From contig JAJDCB010000024.1 in NCBI GenBank assembly GCA_029261065.1, positions 12,129-76,128 on the forward strand: DNA of 64,000 nucleotides. Direction: 5' to 3'. This document shows, piece after piece, positions 63,109-64,000 of the stretch (the stretch's first letter is position 1; each line of letters starts with the position of its first letter). The notes under the pieces are model-generated. The model was not told the origin of the DNA. It saw only the letters and a program-made list of their open reading frames with translations, and did no database searches. A program made the position numbers and the translations under genes. Source of the DNA: Candidatus Omnitrophota bacterium (GTDB taxonomy: Bacteria; Omnitrophota; Gorgyraeia; Zapsychrales; Zapsychraceae).

Positions 63109-64000
63109 TTATTTAAAATGGAAACCAGAATTGGAATTATTCTCAGGATAAGCTGGTTCTGGGTTTTGATTATTTGGATGGTATCGAACGGGTCGATGAT
63201 CTAGAGATCGAGCTTTTTTGATAAGGTCAATAAACTCTCCTCGATAACCATTAACATCCTTGCCTCTTGTCTGTTGAGCGGTATGAAGAATACGATCATA
63301 CGAAGCGTGAGCTTTGTAGGCTGAGTTTTTTAGCAACAATCCAAATTCAGCCACACTCGCGGCGAACTGAAAGTCATGACCTGGTCGATTTGTAATGTCA
63401 TTGTGCTTAACAATCTTTTTGATCAATCTACTGTTTGATTGATTTGGTTCTTTGTAGCGAAGCTTAACGGTCATCATCTCATGGTTGCTCCAAGGATTTC
63501 TTTTTTGATATTTCAATTCATCGACACCTGCTTGATGAGGCGTTTGTCCTTTGTATGTTGGTACAATTTCATAAAAAGCTGTCACCGTATGCCCCGCCCC
63601 AATCTCACCGGCATCGATGCGATCGTTATTAAAATCACGATTGGCTAGCGCTCGATTTTCATAACCAATTAATCGATATCCTTCAACTTGTTGAGGATTA
63701 AATTCAACTTGTATTTTGACATCTTTTGCAATGGTAAACAGCGTCGATCCAAGTTCCGCAACAAGAACTTTGTGTGCTTCATCATTGGAATCAATGTAAC
63801 TGTAATGACCATTACCTTTATCAGCGATTTGTTCCAATTTTCCATCTTTCAAATTACCAGTTCCAAATCCTAGGATACTTAAAAAGACACCTTCGCGTCT
63901 TTTATTTTCTATGATTTGAACTAACTCTTGATCAGAGCTGACACCAACATTAAAATCACCATCTGTAGCAAGAAGAATACGATTGTTACCCTTACGGATA
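63109..64000 (-). CDS. von Willebrand factor type A domain protein (YfbK/BatA-like), C-terminal part; the gene continues beyond the window end
   Basis: Translation upstream of the listed Met continues in frame (…RKGNNRILLATDGDFNVGVSSDQELVQIIENKRREGVFLSILGFGTGN…), i.e. a vWA MIDAS-fold region, followed by a conserved C-terminal domain. Confidence 0.65.
   Translation of the reverse strand, partial: IRKGNNRILLATDGDFNVGVSSDQELVQIIENKRREGVFLSILGFGTGNLKDGKLEQIADKGNGHYSYIDSNDEAHKVLVAELGSTLFTIAKDVKIQVEFNPQQVEGYRLIGYENRALANRDFNNDRIDAGEIGAGHTVTAFYEIVPTYKGQTPHQAGVDELKYQKRNPWSNHEMMTVKLRYKEPNQSNSRLIKKIVKHNDITNRPGHDFQFAASVAEFGLLLKNSAYKAHASYDRILHTAQQTRGKDVNGYRGEFIDLIKKARSLDHRPVRYHPNNQNPEPAYPENNSNSGFHFK

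Overview
AT-rich window (by eye roughly upper-30s %GC, not computed) carrying about 60 genes, more than 90% of them on the minus strand. Content in order: (1) the 5' part of a class I ribonucleotide reductase alpha gene with tandem ATP-cones and a near-consensus NrdR box upstream; (2) an oxidative-stress block (Fe/Mn SOD, thiol peroxidase Tpx, aquaporin); (3) a classical menaquinone cluster menF-menD-[three tandem secreted tail-fibre-like paralogs]-menB-menA-menC-menE plus a hotdog thioesterase and ubiE/menG; (4) trxB, korAB, and a bioB gene with no other bio genes nearby, divergent from a large NMO/FabK-like hypothetical; (5) thiC, mscS, an erpA-like gene, and an inverse-autotransporter-like OMP; (6) a Fur-family regulator plus Mn/Zn/Fe ABC importer (Ytg-like) in which both permeases carry C-terminal winged-helix extensions; (7) thioredoxin-like protein, lipoprotein, MORN-repeat protein, MBL hydrolase, Na/Pi cotransporter, SDR, aroC, ilvD, leuCD; (8) an envelope-modification trio (polytopic membrane protein, FemAB-like protein, CE4 polysaccharide deacetylase); (9) acnA and a divergent B12-binding radical-SAM enzyme plus 2x[4Fe-4S] ferredoxin; (10) an aa3-type cytochrome c oxidase cluster (coxI-III-IV-x-x-II-ctaA-ctaB-sco1-DUF420) preceded by a cupredoxin-like secreted protein; (11) a partial vWA-domain gene. 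Several intergenic palindromic or GC-rich structured elements are present. No rRNA, tRNA, CRISPR array or transposase was recognised. Gene content (multi-ATP-cone NrdA plus NrdR box, YtgC-like permease with wHTH fusion, inverse autotransporter, AT-richness) is compatible with a host-associated, possibly Chlamydiae-like, genome, but this is inference only. The most unusual element is the insertion of three paralogous secreted beta-helix/tail-fibre-like proteins with C-terminal intramolecular-chaperone (peptidase S74-like) domains inside the men operon.
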